A stretch of 64,000 bases of DNA from a bacterium (GCA_019695305.1 JAIBAG010000016.1:1161-65160); one strand, 5' to 3'; positions 8,663-18,220 are shown, counted from the first letter of the stretch. Program-made: numbers and translations. The notes: generated from the sequence alone by a model not told the origin.

Positions 8663-9151
8663 ATGAGACAAACTTTATTGGGGTTGATTTTTTTAGTTGT
8701 CAGTAGTTCCGTTTGGGCAGAAGGCCCTGTTGAAAAAGTGGCATGTGATCCTGCTAAAGATGACTCAGGTTATCATCTCGAATTTAAACTCTCCAAAGAT
8801 TACGAATACGGTAGTCTCACTATTAAACGTACCGGTGATGGGAAAAAAGAGGCTAATTATATGAAAGATTTAAGCGCTTTTAAGGGCGGTATGTATGTAC
8901 TGGATGTTGCGGCTAAGGGAAATGTAAGCGGATATGCGCTGGAAAATAAAGAAAATGGTTCTAGTTTTTTAAAGCGTACCGAGGCTACAATTACTTGCGG
9001 CAAGTTACCGGTAGCAAAAACGCCGGCTTCGTCTAAACCCAACAGTAAAAGTAAAGCCGAAGTAACGCCACCGGCCAATGCCAAGCCAGCACCGACTCAA
9101 GCTAAAAATTCTCCCCCTCATGACGATAACTTTGAGATAAAAGATTTTTAG
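8663..9151 (+). CDS. Secreted hypothetical protein with Pro/Lys/Ala-rich tail
   Basis: 162 aa. N-terminal signal peptide (LLGLIFLVVSSSVWA/EG). No recognisable domain. Confidence 0.6.
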   Translation: MRQTLLGLIFLVVSSSVWAEGPVEKVACDPAKDDSGYHLEFKLSKDYEYGSLTIKRTGDGKKEANYMKDLSAFKGGMYVLDVAAKGNVSGYALENKENGSSFLKRTEATITCGKLPVAKTPASSKPNSKSKAEVTPPANAKPAPTQAKNSPPHDDNFEIKDF

Positions 9152-9226
9152 CGTTTTTTCCTGTTGGAATGTACACGCTTTATTTTTTAAATTGTTTTTT
9201 CCCTAATTCCTTGTTACCCACATCCC

Positions 9227-9889
9227 ATGCCTTTTAATGCCATCATATTCGATTTTAACGGCCTCATTGTGGACGACGAGGGCGTGCATTGCTCTTTGTT
9301 TATCAAAGTTTTGGCGGATGAAGAAATTACGCTTACTGAAGAACAATACTGGAATGATTATTTAGGCTTTGACGATAAAGGCCTCATTGAAGCTGTTTAT
9401 AAGAGGGATGGTAAAAAGATTACGCCTAAAAAAGAAAAAGATTTAATCGCTAAAAAGAACGATTTGTATTTTCCGGAATTAAAAAAGAGTCTTAAATTTT
9501 TTCCCGGTGTGTTGGATTTTATTAAAATCGTTCACCAAAAATATCCCATTGCCATTGTATCGGGCGCGCTTAAATCGGAAATTGAATTTGTATTAACGGA
9601 AGGCGGTGTACGCAATTTATTCGAGATTATCATCGCCGCCGATGACACCAAACACGGCAAGCCTGATCCTGAAGGTTTTGTGATGGGACTGGCCCAACTT
9701 AAAAAGAAACATCCGCAAATTCGCCCTGAAACTTGTCTTGTTTTAGAAGACTCCAAAGCTGGCATTGAAGCCGCTTTGCGCGCAGGCATGAAAGTGGTGG
9801 CATTGCCGCATACCTATCCCAAAGAAGAATTAACCGCCGCTAGCTATATAAAAGATACCTTTAAAGACGTGGAAGCGCTCCTTTTCTAA
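9227..9889 (+). CDS. HAD-superfamily hydrolase (beta-phosphoglucomutase/phosphatase-like)
   Basis: 220 aa. DxD motif IIFDFNGLIVDDE. Motif II IVSGA. K..PDPEGF. Motif IV LEDSKAGIEAA. Confidence 0.8.
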   Translation: MPFNAIIFDFNGLIVDDEGVHCSLFIKVLADEEITLTEEQYWNDYLGFDDKGLIEAVYKRDGKKITPKKEKDLIAKKNDLYFPELKKSLKFFPGVLDFIKIVHQKYPIAIVSGALKSEIEFVLTEGGVRNLFEIIIAADDTKHGKPDPEGFVMGLAQLKKKHPQIRPETCLVLEDSKAGIEAALRAGMKVVALPHTYPKEELTAASYIKDTFKDVEALLF

Positions 9890-9947
9890 TTGCAAGTTAC
9901 TTTCAATAAGCCTTGACATTATACGCCCTCACTTTTACAAGTGAGGC

Positions 9948-10394
9948 ATGAGTAAGAAGGATGAAGGATTTTTTGAAAAGCTCTATAGCCATTTAGCGAG
10001 CCACGGCTTAAAGCGTACACATCAGCGTGATGTGATTGCCCAACTTTTTTTTAGTGGTCCCCACAAGCATTACCGTATTGAAGAAATTTTGGAAGAAGCC
10101 CGTAAAAAAGATGCCACCATCAGCTATGCCACTGTGTATCGCACGCTGATGATGTTTGTAGAAGCGGGCTTGGCGCATCAACGTCATTTTGGCAAAGGGC
10201 AATCGCGCTTTGAAGCCGTTTCCTCCCACCATCACGATCATTTGATTTGCACCAAATGTAATAAAATTGTGGAATTTGAAAACGAAGAAATTGAAGCCAT
10301 GCAAGAAGCCATTGCCAAAAGCCACAACTTTACGCTCACCCATCATAAAATGGAACTCTACGGCCTGTGTAAGAAATGTGCCGGGAAATCATAA
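9948..10394 (+). CDS. Fur-family metalloregulator (Fur/Zur/PerR)
   Basis: 148 aa. Winged-helix N-terminus (ISYATVYRTL). HHHDHLICTKC..(CxxC) and C-terminal CKKC metal sites. Confidence 0.85.
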   Translation: MSKKDEGFFEKLYSHLASHGLKRTHQRDVIAQLFFSGPHKHYRIEEILEEARKKDATISYATVYRTLMMFVEAGLAHQRHFGKGQSRFEAVSSHHHDHLICTKCNKIVEFENEEIEAMQEAIAKSHNFTLTHHKMELYGLCKKCAGKS

Positions 10395-10406
10395 CCCCCC
10401 TGTTGG

Positions 10407-10427
10407 CCCCCCTTACCTTAAGGGGGG
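10407..10427 (+). terminator. Hairpin CCCCCCTTA-CCT-TAAGGGGGG after fur (single-hairpin relative of repeat family B)
   Basis: 9-bp GC-rich stem 13 nt after the fur stop. No clear U-tract, so terminator function is uncertain. Confidence 0.35.
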
Positions 10428-10442
10428 GAGGAAAATAAAATA

Positions 10443-10470
10443 TTGACACTGACTCTCTTTTTCTTATACG
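10443..10470 (+). promoter_or_regulatory. Sigma-70-like promoter upstream of the cys leader and operon
   Basis: TTGACA (10443-10448), 16-nt spacer, TATACG (10465-10470). Confidence 0.4.
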
Positions 10471-10480
10471 GTAGCAAAAT

Positions 10481-10588
10481 ATGTTTTTAACCGCAGAACA
10501 GCAAGTGCAAGTATCTCAAGGTCTCCAGGTCCTTTGCATGTGTTGTTGTACCCAGCCGATGCTGGGTTTGTGCGGTGCTTCTTTGTAA
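10481..10588 (+). promoter_or_regulatory. Candidate Cys-rich leader peptide (35 aa) upstream of the sulfate-transport operon
   Basis: ATG..TAA encodes MFLTAEQQVQVSQGLQVLCMCCCTQPMLGLCGASL, with 5 Cys of which 4 fall in 5 consecutive codons at 10535-10549. Hairpins lie within and after it (10550-10567; CATCAGA..TCTGATG ~10619-10650, then GACTTTTTG). No Shine-Dalgarno; the ATG is about 4-10 nt from the predicted TSS. Confidence 0.3.
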
Positions 10589-10702
10589 CTCCTCAGTTAC
10601 TTAACTCCCCAAAGCAAACATCAGACGATCGGCAGAGTCAACTTCTGATGGACTTTTTGTTAGTCCATTGTCATTCTCACTTTATTTAATTTTGGAGATT
10701 TT

Positions 10703-11698
10703 ATGTTTTATAAAAAAATTGTTGTTCTTATTTTGATTCTCATTTCTCAAGCCGCTTTAGCCGATACTGCTTTGCTTAATGCCTCATACGATCCAACACG
10801 TGAGTTGTATAAAGATATTAACCAAAAATTTTCTGCCGACTGGAAAGAAAAAAAGGGTGAAACTATTGCTATTAACCAGTCGCACGGTGGATCGGGCAAA
10901 CAGGCCCGCGCTGTTATTGATGGTTTAGAAGCCGATGTGGTGACATTAGCTTTGGCCTACGATATTGATGCTATTAGCCTGATGAGTAGTTTGTTGCCAT
11001 CTAACTGGCAAACATTGTTGCCCCATAATTCTACTCCCTATACCTCCACCATTGTATTTTTGGTGCGTAAGGGTAATCCCAAACAAATTAAAGATTGGGA
11101 CGATTTGGTAAACCCTGGCGTTGGTGTTATTACACCCAATCCCAAAACCTCCGGCGGGGCTCGCTGGAATTATTTGGCGGCGTGGGGTTATGCGCTTAAA
11201 AAATTGGGCGCCGACGATGCCAAAGCTAAAGAGTTTGTGGGAAAACTTTATAAAAATGTTCCTGTACTCGATTCGGGCGCACGCGGTTCTACTACCACTT
11301 TTGTGGAACGTGGCATTGGTGATGTTCTTATCACCTGGGAAAACGAAGCTCTGTTATCGGTAAAAGAATTGGGTGCCGATAAATTTGAAATTGTTTATCC
11401 GTCTATGAGCATTTTGGCCGAACCACCGGTAGCACTTGTAGAAAAAAATGCCGCCAAGCATAAAACAACCGAGCTCGCCAATGCATATCTTAATTTTTTG
11501 TACACACCCGAAGGTCAGGAGATTGGGGCAAAAAATTACTATAGGCCGCGCTTGGCGGCGGTGGCCCAAAAGTATGCAGCTCAGTTTAAAGCACTGTCTC
11601 TTTTTACAATCGACGAAGTTTTTGGCGGTTGGCAAAAAGCCCAAAAAATTCATTTTAACGATAGTGGTACTTTTGACCAAATCTATATGGCACAGTAA
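10703..11698 (+). CDS. cysP: Sulfate/thiosulfate ABC transporter substrate-binding protein
   Basis: 331 aa. Signal peptide. Sbp/CysP-like motifs ([50 protein letters not shown]). Confidence 0.9.
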   Translation: MFYKKIVVLILILISQAALADTALLNASYDPTRELYKDINQKFSADWKEKKGETIAINQSHGGSGKQARAVIDGLEADVVTLALAYDIDAISLMSSLLPSNWQTLLPHNSTPYTSTIVFLVRKGNPKQIKDWDDLVNPGVGVITPNPKTSGGARWNYLAAWGYALKKLGADDAKAKEFVGKLYKNVPVLDSGARGSTTTFVERGIGDVLITWENEALLSVKELGADKFEIVYPSMSILAEPPVALVEKNAAKHKTTELANAYLNFLYTPEGQEIGAKNYYRPRLAAVAQKYAAQFKALSLFTIDEVFGGWQKAQKIHFNDSGTFDQIYMAQ

Positions 11699-11734
11699 CC
11701 CTCTATGACAGGAATTTTTTGATTCCAAAACAAA

Positions 11735-11767
11735 CCTTTCCCCTCTATAAAGAGGGGAGAGGTTTTT
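11735..11767 (+). terminator. Intra-operon intrinsic terminator/attenuator hairpin between cysP and cysT
   Basis: CCTTTCCCCTCT-ATAA-AGAGGGGAGAGG forms a 12-bp stem with one G-U, followed by TTTTT. It ends 8 nt before the cysT ATG, and its right arm contains the only SD-like GGAGAGG. Confidence 0.5.
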
Positions 11768-11774
11768 CTAGTTT

Positions 11775-12590
11775 ATGAATAATAAAAATGTTCTTCCCGG
11801 TTTTGGCCTTACCATGGGCGTTACCCTGTTTTTACTGGGTTTGGTGGTTATTTTGCCGCTATCGGCCCTTTTTTTAAAAACAGCGGGCATGGGATGGACA
11901 GCCTTTATAGAGGCCATCTCATCACCACGTGTTCTGTTTGCCTATCGTTTAAGTCTTTTCTGTTCCTTGGCTGCCGCTCTCATCAATTTATTTGTTGGAC
12001 TTTTGGTAGCCTGGGTGTTGGCGCGTTATCAATTTCCAGGTAAGCGTATTTTGAATATGCTTATTGATTTACCCTTTGCGCTGCCCACAGCCGTGGCTGG
12101 CATTACGCTTACAGCGTTGTATGCACCCGATGGTGCCATAGGAAAAATTTTTAACGCGGTTGGTATTCCCATTGTTTTTTCCCCTCTTGGAATCACGCTG
12201 GCTCTTGTATTTATTGGTTTTCCATTTGTGGTGCGTACAGTAGAACCGGTATTGGCCGATTTGGATACCGATATGGAAGAAGCCAGTGCTTGCTTGGGCG
12301 CCGGACGTTTAAAAACATTTTGGAGCATTATTTTACCACCTTTAAAACCGGCGCTATTAACCGGTTTTTCGCTCGCTTTTGCACGCGGGCTTGGCGAGTA
12401 CGGCTCGGTGGTTTTTATTTCGGGCAATTTACCTCTTAAAACCGAAATTGCGCCGCTGATGATTATTTCTAAACTGGAACAATACGATTATACAGGAGCC
12501 ACCGCCATTGCCTGTGTGATGCTGGTAGCCGCATTTTTAATTTTGCTCACAATCAATATTTTGCAATGGAAATACATTAAACAAAAGTAA
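11775..12590 (+). CDS. cysT: Sulfate ABC transporter permease CysT
   Basis: 271 aa polytopic membrane protein. ABC permease EAA-like loop ([21 protein letters not shown]). Confidence 0.9.
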   Translation: MNNKNVLPGFGLTMGVTLFLLGLVVILPLSALFLKTAGMGWTAFIEAISSPRVLFAYRLSLFCSLAAALINLFVGLLVAWVLARYQFPGKRILNMLIDLPFALPTAVAGITLTALYAPDGAIGKIFNAVGIPIVFSPLGITLALVFIGFPFVVRTVEPVLADLDTDMEEASACLGAGRLKTFWSIILPPLKPALLTGFSLAFARGLGEYGSVVFISGNLPLKTEIAPLMIISKLEQYDYTGATAIACVMLVAAFLILLTINILQWKYIKQK

Positions 12591-12594
12591 GCAT

Positions 12595-13410
12595 ATGCAT
12601 TCTGCTGTTACCGAAAAACCTGTTGTGCGCCGTGTGCTCATTGGCCTTGCATTTGCCGTAGCCACTTTCTTTTTGTTGCTGCCGTTGGGAGCTGTGTTTA
12701 GTTACGCGCTTTCTAAAGGCTGGGCTGTGTATCGTGATTCTATTATTGATCCTACGGCACTTTCGGCCATTAAACTAACTCTTACGGTGGCGGCCATCAC
12801 AATTCCTGTCAACGTTGTGTTTGGTGTGATGGCGGCGTGGGCTATTGCCAAGTTTGAGTTTCGTGGTAAAAAAATTCTTACCACGCTTATTGATTTACCT
12901 TTTAGCGTATCTCCTGTGATAGCCGGACTTATTTTTGTGTTGTTGTTTGGTCGCATGGGCTGGTTTGGTCCGTTTTTACTTGATCACGATATTAAAATTA
13001 TTTTTGCCATTCCCGGGATTGTGCTTTCCACCATTTTTATCACCTTTCCGTTTGTGGCTCGTGAACTCATTCCGCTCATGCAATCGCAAGGTACCGATGA
13101 AGAAGAGGCCGCGTTAACCTTGGGGGCCAACGGATGGCAAACGTTTTGGCAAGTGACCTTTCCCAATATTAAGTGGGGGCTCTTGTACGGAGTTATTCTT
13201 TTAAATGCGCGTGCTATGGGAGAATTTGGAGCTGTGTCTGTAGTATCGGGTCATATTAGGGGATTAACCAACACCATCCCGCTGCATGTAGAAATTTTGT
13301 ATAACGAATATAATTTTACCGCGGCGTTTGCTGTGGCGTCTATTTTGGCGCTTTTAGCGATTGTAACATTGATTGCGCAAACTTTTTTGGAGCGGAAGAA
13401 GAGTGAGTGA
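12595..13410 (+). CDS. cysW: Sulfate ABC transporter permease CysW
   Basis: 271 aa, paralogous to CysT. EEAALTLGANGWQTFWQVTFP. Confidence 0.9.
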   Translation: MHSAVTEKPVVRRVLIGLAFAVATFFLLLPLGAVFSYALSKGWAVYRDSIIDPTALSAIKLTLTVAAITIPVNVVFGVMAAWAIAKFEFRGKKILTTLIDLPFSVSPVIAGLIFVLLFGRMGWFGPFLLDHDIKIIFAIPGIVLSTIFITFPFVARELIPLMQSQGTDEEEAALTLGANGWQTFWQVTFPNIKWGLLYGVILLNARAMGEFGAVSVVSGHIRGLTNTIPLHVEILYNEYNFTAAFAVASILALLAIVTLIAQTFLERKKSE

Positions 13411-13417
13411 GTGGGTG

Positions 13418-13582
13418 GTTCTTTTCAGGATCTTTAAAATTTTTTTCTAAAAAACCTGAAGGCCTCCATAAAATAACGGCCTCACCATTGCAGGTTGAAA
13501 GAGTCTTTTGGGTGGAAGGGTGAGGCCTTTAGAGTGGGCCACATGTTTTTTAGAAAAAAATTTTAAAGATCCTGAAAAGAAC
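13418..13582. repeat. Structured intergenic repeat family A, copy 1 (165 nt)
   Basis: Perfect 38-bp inverted arms, 13418-13455 and 13545-13582. Conserved core (..ACGGCCTCAC..GGGTGGAAGGGTGAGGCC..GTGGGCCACATG). Lies inside the cys operon between cysW and cysA. Confidence 0.85.
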
Positions 13583-13652
13583 ATCTGTTTTATGTGGGTG
13601 ATAAAGCGCTATTTTTTTGAGATATGTTGAAGAGTTTTATTGAGGAGTAATT

Positions 13653-14693
13653 ATGAGTATTGTTTTAAAAAAATTATCCAAATCCTTTGATGGTCATCAT
13701 GCGGTGGATGATGTGTCGTTTCAGGTTAATGATGGTGAGTTTGTAACATTGCTTGGGCCGTCGGGCTCTGGCAAATCTACCATTTTGCGTTGTATTGCAG
13801 GTCTTGAAGAAGCCGATACCGGAACCATTGAATTGGGCGGGCAGGATGTAACTCATTTATCGGTGCAAGAACGTAAAGTGGGTTTTGTGTTTCAGCATTA
13901 TGCTCTTTTTCGTCATATGCGCCTGTGGGAAAACGTGGCTTTTGGTTTAAAGGTGCGCGGCATGTCTAAGGCTAATCGTAAATTAAAAGCGTTTGAACTT
14001 TTAGAATTGGTTGGTCTTAAAGGGTACGAAAACCGCATGCCCAATCAGTTGTCTGGCGGGCAGCGTCAGCGTGTGGCTTTGGCACGTGCACTGGCGCCAG
14101 AACCTTCTCTTCTTTTACTTGATGAACCCTTTGGTGCGTTGGATACACGTTTGCGTAAAGAATTGCGCGCGTGGCTTAAACAATTGCACGATCGTATTGG
14201 TCTTACATCCGTTTTAGTTACCCACGATCAGGAAGAAGCTTTTGAATTATCCGATCGTATTCTTGTTGTTAATAAAGGACGTATTGAACAAGAAGCGCCA
14301 CCTCCTGCGGTATTTAATACGCCGGCTACCGAATTTGTGGCCAGCTTTGTGGGCGAAACCAACCGTATTGAAGGTGTTGTAGACGAGGGTACGGTGCGAT
14401 GGGGACCGTTTCATTTTAAAGCCATTCATTTGCCCGAAAAATCGAAAGCGGTTGTTTTGTTTAGGCCCAACGATGTGTATGTAACCACCAAACGTGAAGA
14501 CGGTGGTTGGCCTGGGATAATTCAATCGGTTCAATTTATGGGGATGTTTGAAGCGCTTACTATTGATATGGGCCAGGGGCAAATGCTAACGGCTACCATT
14601 CCTATGGGGGTGGCCAGTCTTTCCAAATTTGAAGCCGGAAAAACCGTGCATGTGATGGTGACCTCGGCACATGTTTATAAAAGTCCTAATTAA
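13653..14693 (+). CDS. cysA: Sulfate ABC transporter ATP-binding protein CysA
   Basis: 346 aa. Walker A GPSGSGKST, signature LSGGQRQR, Walker B LLLLDEP. C-terminal TOBE-like domain. Confidence 0.9.
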   Translation: MSIVLKKLSKSFDGHHAVDDVSFQVNDGEFVTLLGPSGSGKSTILRCIAGLEEADTGTIELGGQDVTHLSVQERKVGFVFQHYALFRHMRLWENVAFGLKVRGMSKANRKLKAFELLELVGLKGYENRMPNQLSGGQRQRVALARALAPEPSLLLLDEPFGALDTRLRKELRAWLKQLHDRIGLTSVLVTHDQEEAFELSDRILVVNKGRIEQEAPPPAVFNTPATEFVASFVGETNRIEGVVDEGTVRWGPFHFKAIHLPEKSKAVVLFRPNDVYVTTKREDGGWPGIIQSVQFMGMFEALTIDMGQGQMLTATIPMGVASLSKFEAGKTVHVMVTSAHVYKSPN

Positions 14694-14698
14694 ATAAT

Positions 14699-15778
14699 TT
14701 AAAAACAGGAACTCAACTCGCGAGCTTTGGCAAGAGCGTTGCCGTCGCCCACTTTAGATAAATTGTACCAGGCCATGGCATCTTCGGGTACTAGGGTGGC
14801 GGCTTTGGTAAACGAGGTTTTGGCTTCGGCAGGGGCGTTTGATTGCATCATGGTTAATCCCGATACATAGGCTTCACCCGATTCGGTCCAACGCTTGGGA
14901 GACAAATGATACGAGGCTTTTACATTTTTACCGGTATTGGGAATAAGCGTGACGCCTTCGCCATATAGTTGGGCAAAATTTTTGCCCGATACTTTGATGA
15001 TGAGGGCCTGCATTAACAGGGTACGGGCGCGTTCTTCAAAACCACGAGTAAATTGGTACGAGAGACTGGTTGCTTTTTCAAACCATACTTTGGCAATTTC
15101 TAAACTGGTGTCGTTATAGTGGCTGCTGGCTTCCATGCCCTTGGCAAAAAATCGGAAGGCTTCAAAGCTGACATGTTGTGTAAGGAAAAAATCAAAACCC
15201 TTGGGGCGTGTTTTTTCTTTAAATACCAAACGGGCAATGTCGCTTGCGGCATCGGCAATAATAGAAAAATAACGATCTCCTATATCGCCGGCATATTCTA
15301 ACGGAGGCGTTAAGCTTTGATTTTTTTCAACGTCTTTAATTTTAATAAAAAAGCGCATCGTGTTTTGAGGCTGTTTTTGAAACATCCCGTATACCACATG
15401 CGTGGCCCCCAGTTTTTTGGCGGCCTCCAGCATTTTATCATCGTCAAATAAATCGTTATTGGTAAGTGTTTTATCGCCTACGGTTAAAAAGGGATGATAT
15501 ACGCCCGTTTCCTTGTAATCGGTTAAAAATTCGTAGAGCGAGAGGGGAAACATGGAGGCCAGTGTAGGGTCATCTCCTATAAACCCCCCGTCCTGAAAGG
15601 GAAATACGGCAATTCTGATTTTTTCCGATTTGGTCCGATTGATCAAATTGTCGTAAAAAACCCTATCCATGGCCTGGGTATTGGGTGGCGTGGTACAGGG
15701 GGTTTGGGCTAAAACGGCCCTAATAGGCCCTAAAAGCAGTAAAAAAAAGACTATTTTAACAGGAAAAGCTTGATTCAT
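14699..15778 (-). CDS. Secreted hypothetical protein, C-terminal TPR-like region
   Basis: 359 aa. Signal peptide (VFFLLLLGPIRAVLA). No confident family. Divergent from the FHA/PEGA gene. Confidence 0.6.
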   Translation of the reverse strand: MNQAFPVKIVFFLLLLGPIRAVLAQTPCTTPPNTQAMDRVFYDNLINRTKSEKIRIAVFPFQDGGFIGDDPTLASMFPLSLYEFLTDYKETGVYHPFLTVGDKTLTNNDLFDDDKMLEAAKKLGATHVVYGMFQKQPQNTMRFFIKIKDVEKNQSLTPPLEYAGDIGDRYFSIIADAASDIARLVFKEKTRPKGFDFFLTQHVSFEAFRFFAKGMEASSHYNDTSLEIAKVWFEKATSLSYQFTRGFEERARTLLMQALIIKVSGKNFAQLYGEGVTLIPNTGKNVKASYHLSPKRWTESGEAYVSGLTMMQSNAPAEAKTSFTKAATLVPEDAMAWYNLSKVGDGNALAKARELSSCF

Positions 15779-15849
15779 AAGACTGTTCGGCTATCTTACC
15801 CCTTGGGTCGGTTTTCGTAAATGGAAAGTTACTTTTTTGTCGATTATCT

Positions 15850-18174
15850 ATGGATGCTACGGAAGCTATTAATAAGGGAGAAGAAGCCTATCCTTCCTTG
15901 ACCATTTTATCCGGCCCGGATGAGGGCTTGTTTATTGCCCTCACTGGAAAAGAACAAGTTATTGGCCGTTCACGCCGTTCGGCATCCATCCTTTTAGAAG
16001 ATACGTCTGTTTCCCGGGTTCATGCTCGCATTACCAGTAAAGACGGCAATTTTTTTGTGACCGATATGGAAAGTCGCAATGGAGTTGCGCTCAATGGTAA
16101 CCGCATTAAACCTAACAGCGAAACTCCTTTAAAACATCTCGATCAAATTAAAGTGGGCTTGTATATTTTGCGTTTTAATGAGCGCAAACCCACTAGCGAA
16201 GAAGCTGCCAAATCTACCGTTTATTCAGATATTCCATTGCCCAAAAAGAAAGAGAACCCAAGCGCTTTTGACGATATTACCATTTCCGATAAAGTGCCTG
16301 AAGAACCTAAACCTATTGCTCCCGTGCCAGAGGTGGCACCAGAAAGCGTAAAAAAAGAGGAAGAGGTTTTACCGCCCCAAACTGAGGCTGCTACCGAAGC
16401 TAAAGAAGCCGAAGAAATTTTAAATTCATTACCGATTGAAGAAGGCGTTGTAGCCAGTGAAGATGCCGTTAGTTTAGAAGAAGAAAGTTACGGCAAGGGC
16501 ATTCGCAATGTTTTTATTATTATCAGTGTTATTTGTGCGCTTACCGGGTTGGTTTATTTTTTATCACATGGATTTTCACAGAAAAAGAAAGAAAATGTAG
16601 AAGCGCTTGAGACTCCTCCAGAGGTGACTGCCATCAATACGGAGGATGTAGAAAAACATCTAGAAGTGCCGGAGGCTGTGAAACCCGAAGAGCTAAAGGC
16701 GCCTGAAGAAACACAGCCTGCTGCTCAAGAAGCTAATGCTCCTGCGCCCACTATCCAAACGCCACCCGATGTTGTAACGCCGCCAGCAAATACTATTGAA
16801 AACGTTCCTGTAGTTAATTCTCAGCCGCAAGTATTACCTCCCAGTAGCGCCGATGAGCGTACCATGAATTTTATTTTAGATTTACAAACGCAACCCATGC
16901 CTGCGCGCGTTTATTTTAACGATCAAGATTTAGGACAATCGCCCGTAAAGGCGCCGCTTCAATTAAAACCCGGTGTGTCTTACAGTGTGGTTGCTAATTT
17001 TGATTTGCCAGACTTAAACGATCAGTATCAATATCGTGCTTCTTTTACTCCCGATGCGTCAAAAGAAGTGATTACATTAAATGTATCGCCCGATATTGGT
17101 TTGATGAAAGTGATGCTCTTGCCGCGTGATGTAGATTTTTACATGGAAGGATATTACGCCTACGACAAAGAAAAAGCGCATCCGGTAAAACTCACCAACA
17201 TTATTTATGGTAAACCTGTTTATGTTCCGTTTGGACATTATGTGATTGAACTAAAAGAACGCGTTAAAGTAGGTGACACCGATACATATGTAAGTGAAGT
17301 GCGCTATCACAGAGAAATAGATATTAATGCCGATAACCGTACGGTGGAGTTATCGGTGAAGGAACGCGATATCCAGTTTTTTCCGGCACGTATTACATCA
17401 GAACCGAGTGGTGCTCAGGTATTTTTAGATGGGAAACAAGTTGGGAAAACGCCCTATGCAGGAGAATTGCCCTTAGGGCGCCACGATTTAAAATTAACGC
17501 TTGATGGCTATTTTGATAACGACAGCACGCTGGATATGCGTGTGAATAGTCCGTATGAAGCTAAAATTGTGATGAAGACTTCCAAGGTAGGCCAAATGAT
17601 TGCCAAGGCCAAGGAAGAAAAACAAAATGGACAATATCAGGATGCTATCAATAATTTAATTGAGGCTTTAAAAATTGGAGGCAGTGATAAAGAAAAAGCG
17701 GATATCCGCATTTTACTAGGCGACTCGTATTATTTAATGGGGGATTACGATAGGGCTTTTAGTTTTTATGAAGAAATGGCTGCCGAAACCCCTTACCGTT
17801 ACCGGGCTCTTTTGGGAAAAGCCCGTATTCTTAATATTAGAGGGGATAAACAAGGAAGTTTACGTTTACTTTCCGAAATATTTTTAAATTTAACGCCCCA
17901 AGATCCACTTTTAAATGAGGCAGCTAGCCTTTTTAAACAACTCTCTCCTCTTAAATCGGTGATGTATATCACTACCGAACCCAAAGGCGCTACTGTGATG
18001 GTAAACGGACGCGATATGGGTCAAAAAAGCCCTGTTCTCTTATTTGACCTGGGTTTTGGTAATTACCGTATTGAGCTCTCTAAACCCGGTTTTCAAAGTG
18101 CCCAGGTACAAAAAAACCTCAAGGTGAGTGAGTTTGTGCCGGTAGTGGTAAAACTTAAACCCGATAGTTTGTAA
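15850..18174 (+). CDS. FHA-domain membrane protein with periplasmic PEGA domains and TPR repeats
   Basis: 774 aa. N-terminal FHA (VIGRS...ILLEDTSVSRVHARI....FFVTDMESRNGVALNG). TM VFIIISVICALTGLVYFL. Pro/Glu-rich linker. PEGA-like ITSEPSGAQVFLDGKQVGKTPY and ITTEPKGATVMVNGRDMGQ. TPR between them. Confidence 0.8.
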   Translation: MDATEAINKGEEAYPSLTILSGPDEGLFIALTGKEQVIGRSRRSASILLEDTSVSRVHARITSKDGNFFVTDMESRNGVALNGNRIKPNSETPLKHLDQIKVGLYILRFNERKPTSEEAAKSTVYSDIPLPKKKENPSAFDDITISDKVPEEPKPIAPVPEVAPESVKKEEEVLPPQTEAATEAKEAEEILNSLPIEEGVVASEDAVSLEEESYGKGIRNVFIIISVICALTGLVYFLSHGFSQKKKENVEALETPPEVTAINTEDVEKHLEVPEAVKPEELKAPEETQPAAQEANAPAPTIQTPPDVVTPPANTIENVPVVNSQPQVLPPSSADERTMNFILDLQTQPMPARVYFNDQDLGQSPVKAPLQLKPGVSYSVVANFDLPDLNDQYQYRASFTPDASKEVITLNVSPDIGLMKVMLLPRDVDFYMEGYYAYDKEKAHPVKLTNIIYGKPVYVPFGHYVIELKERVKVGDTDTYVSEVRYHREIDINADNRTVELSVKERDIQFFPARITSEPSGAQVFLDGKQVGKTPYAGELPLGRHDLKLTLDGYFDNDSTLDMRVNSPYEAKIVMKTSKVGQMIAKAKEEKQNGQYQDAINNLIEALKIGGSDKEKADIRILLGDSYYLMGDYDRAFSFYEEMAAETPYRYRALLGKARILNIRGDKQGSLRLLSEIFLNLTPQDPLLNEAASLFKQLSPLKSVMYITTEPKGATVMVNGRDMGQKSPVLLFDLGFGNYRIELSKPGFQSAQVQKNLKVSEFVPVVVKLKPDSL

Positions 18175-18220
18175 GGGATTCTTCCTTTACGAAGTTTCAA
18201 AAAACCTTCATAATATTGCG

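Noticed and set aside
9912-9947. Hairpin CCTCAC-N8-GTGAGG preceded by ACGCCCTCAC just upstream of fur, resembling the family A core
   Set aside because: Only a ~10-nt match and a 6-bp stem, with no flanking arms or other core blocks. Likely chance, or part of the fur promoter/operator.
11121-13166. Overlapping alternative-frame ORFs inside cysP, cysT and cysW
   Set aside because: They are embedded in well-supported transporter genes and have low-complexity, Arg/Pro-rich translations.
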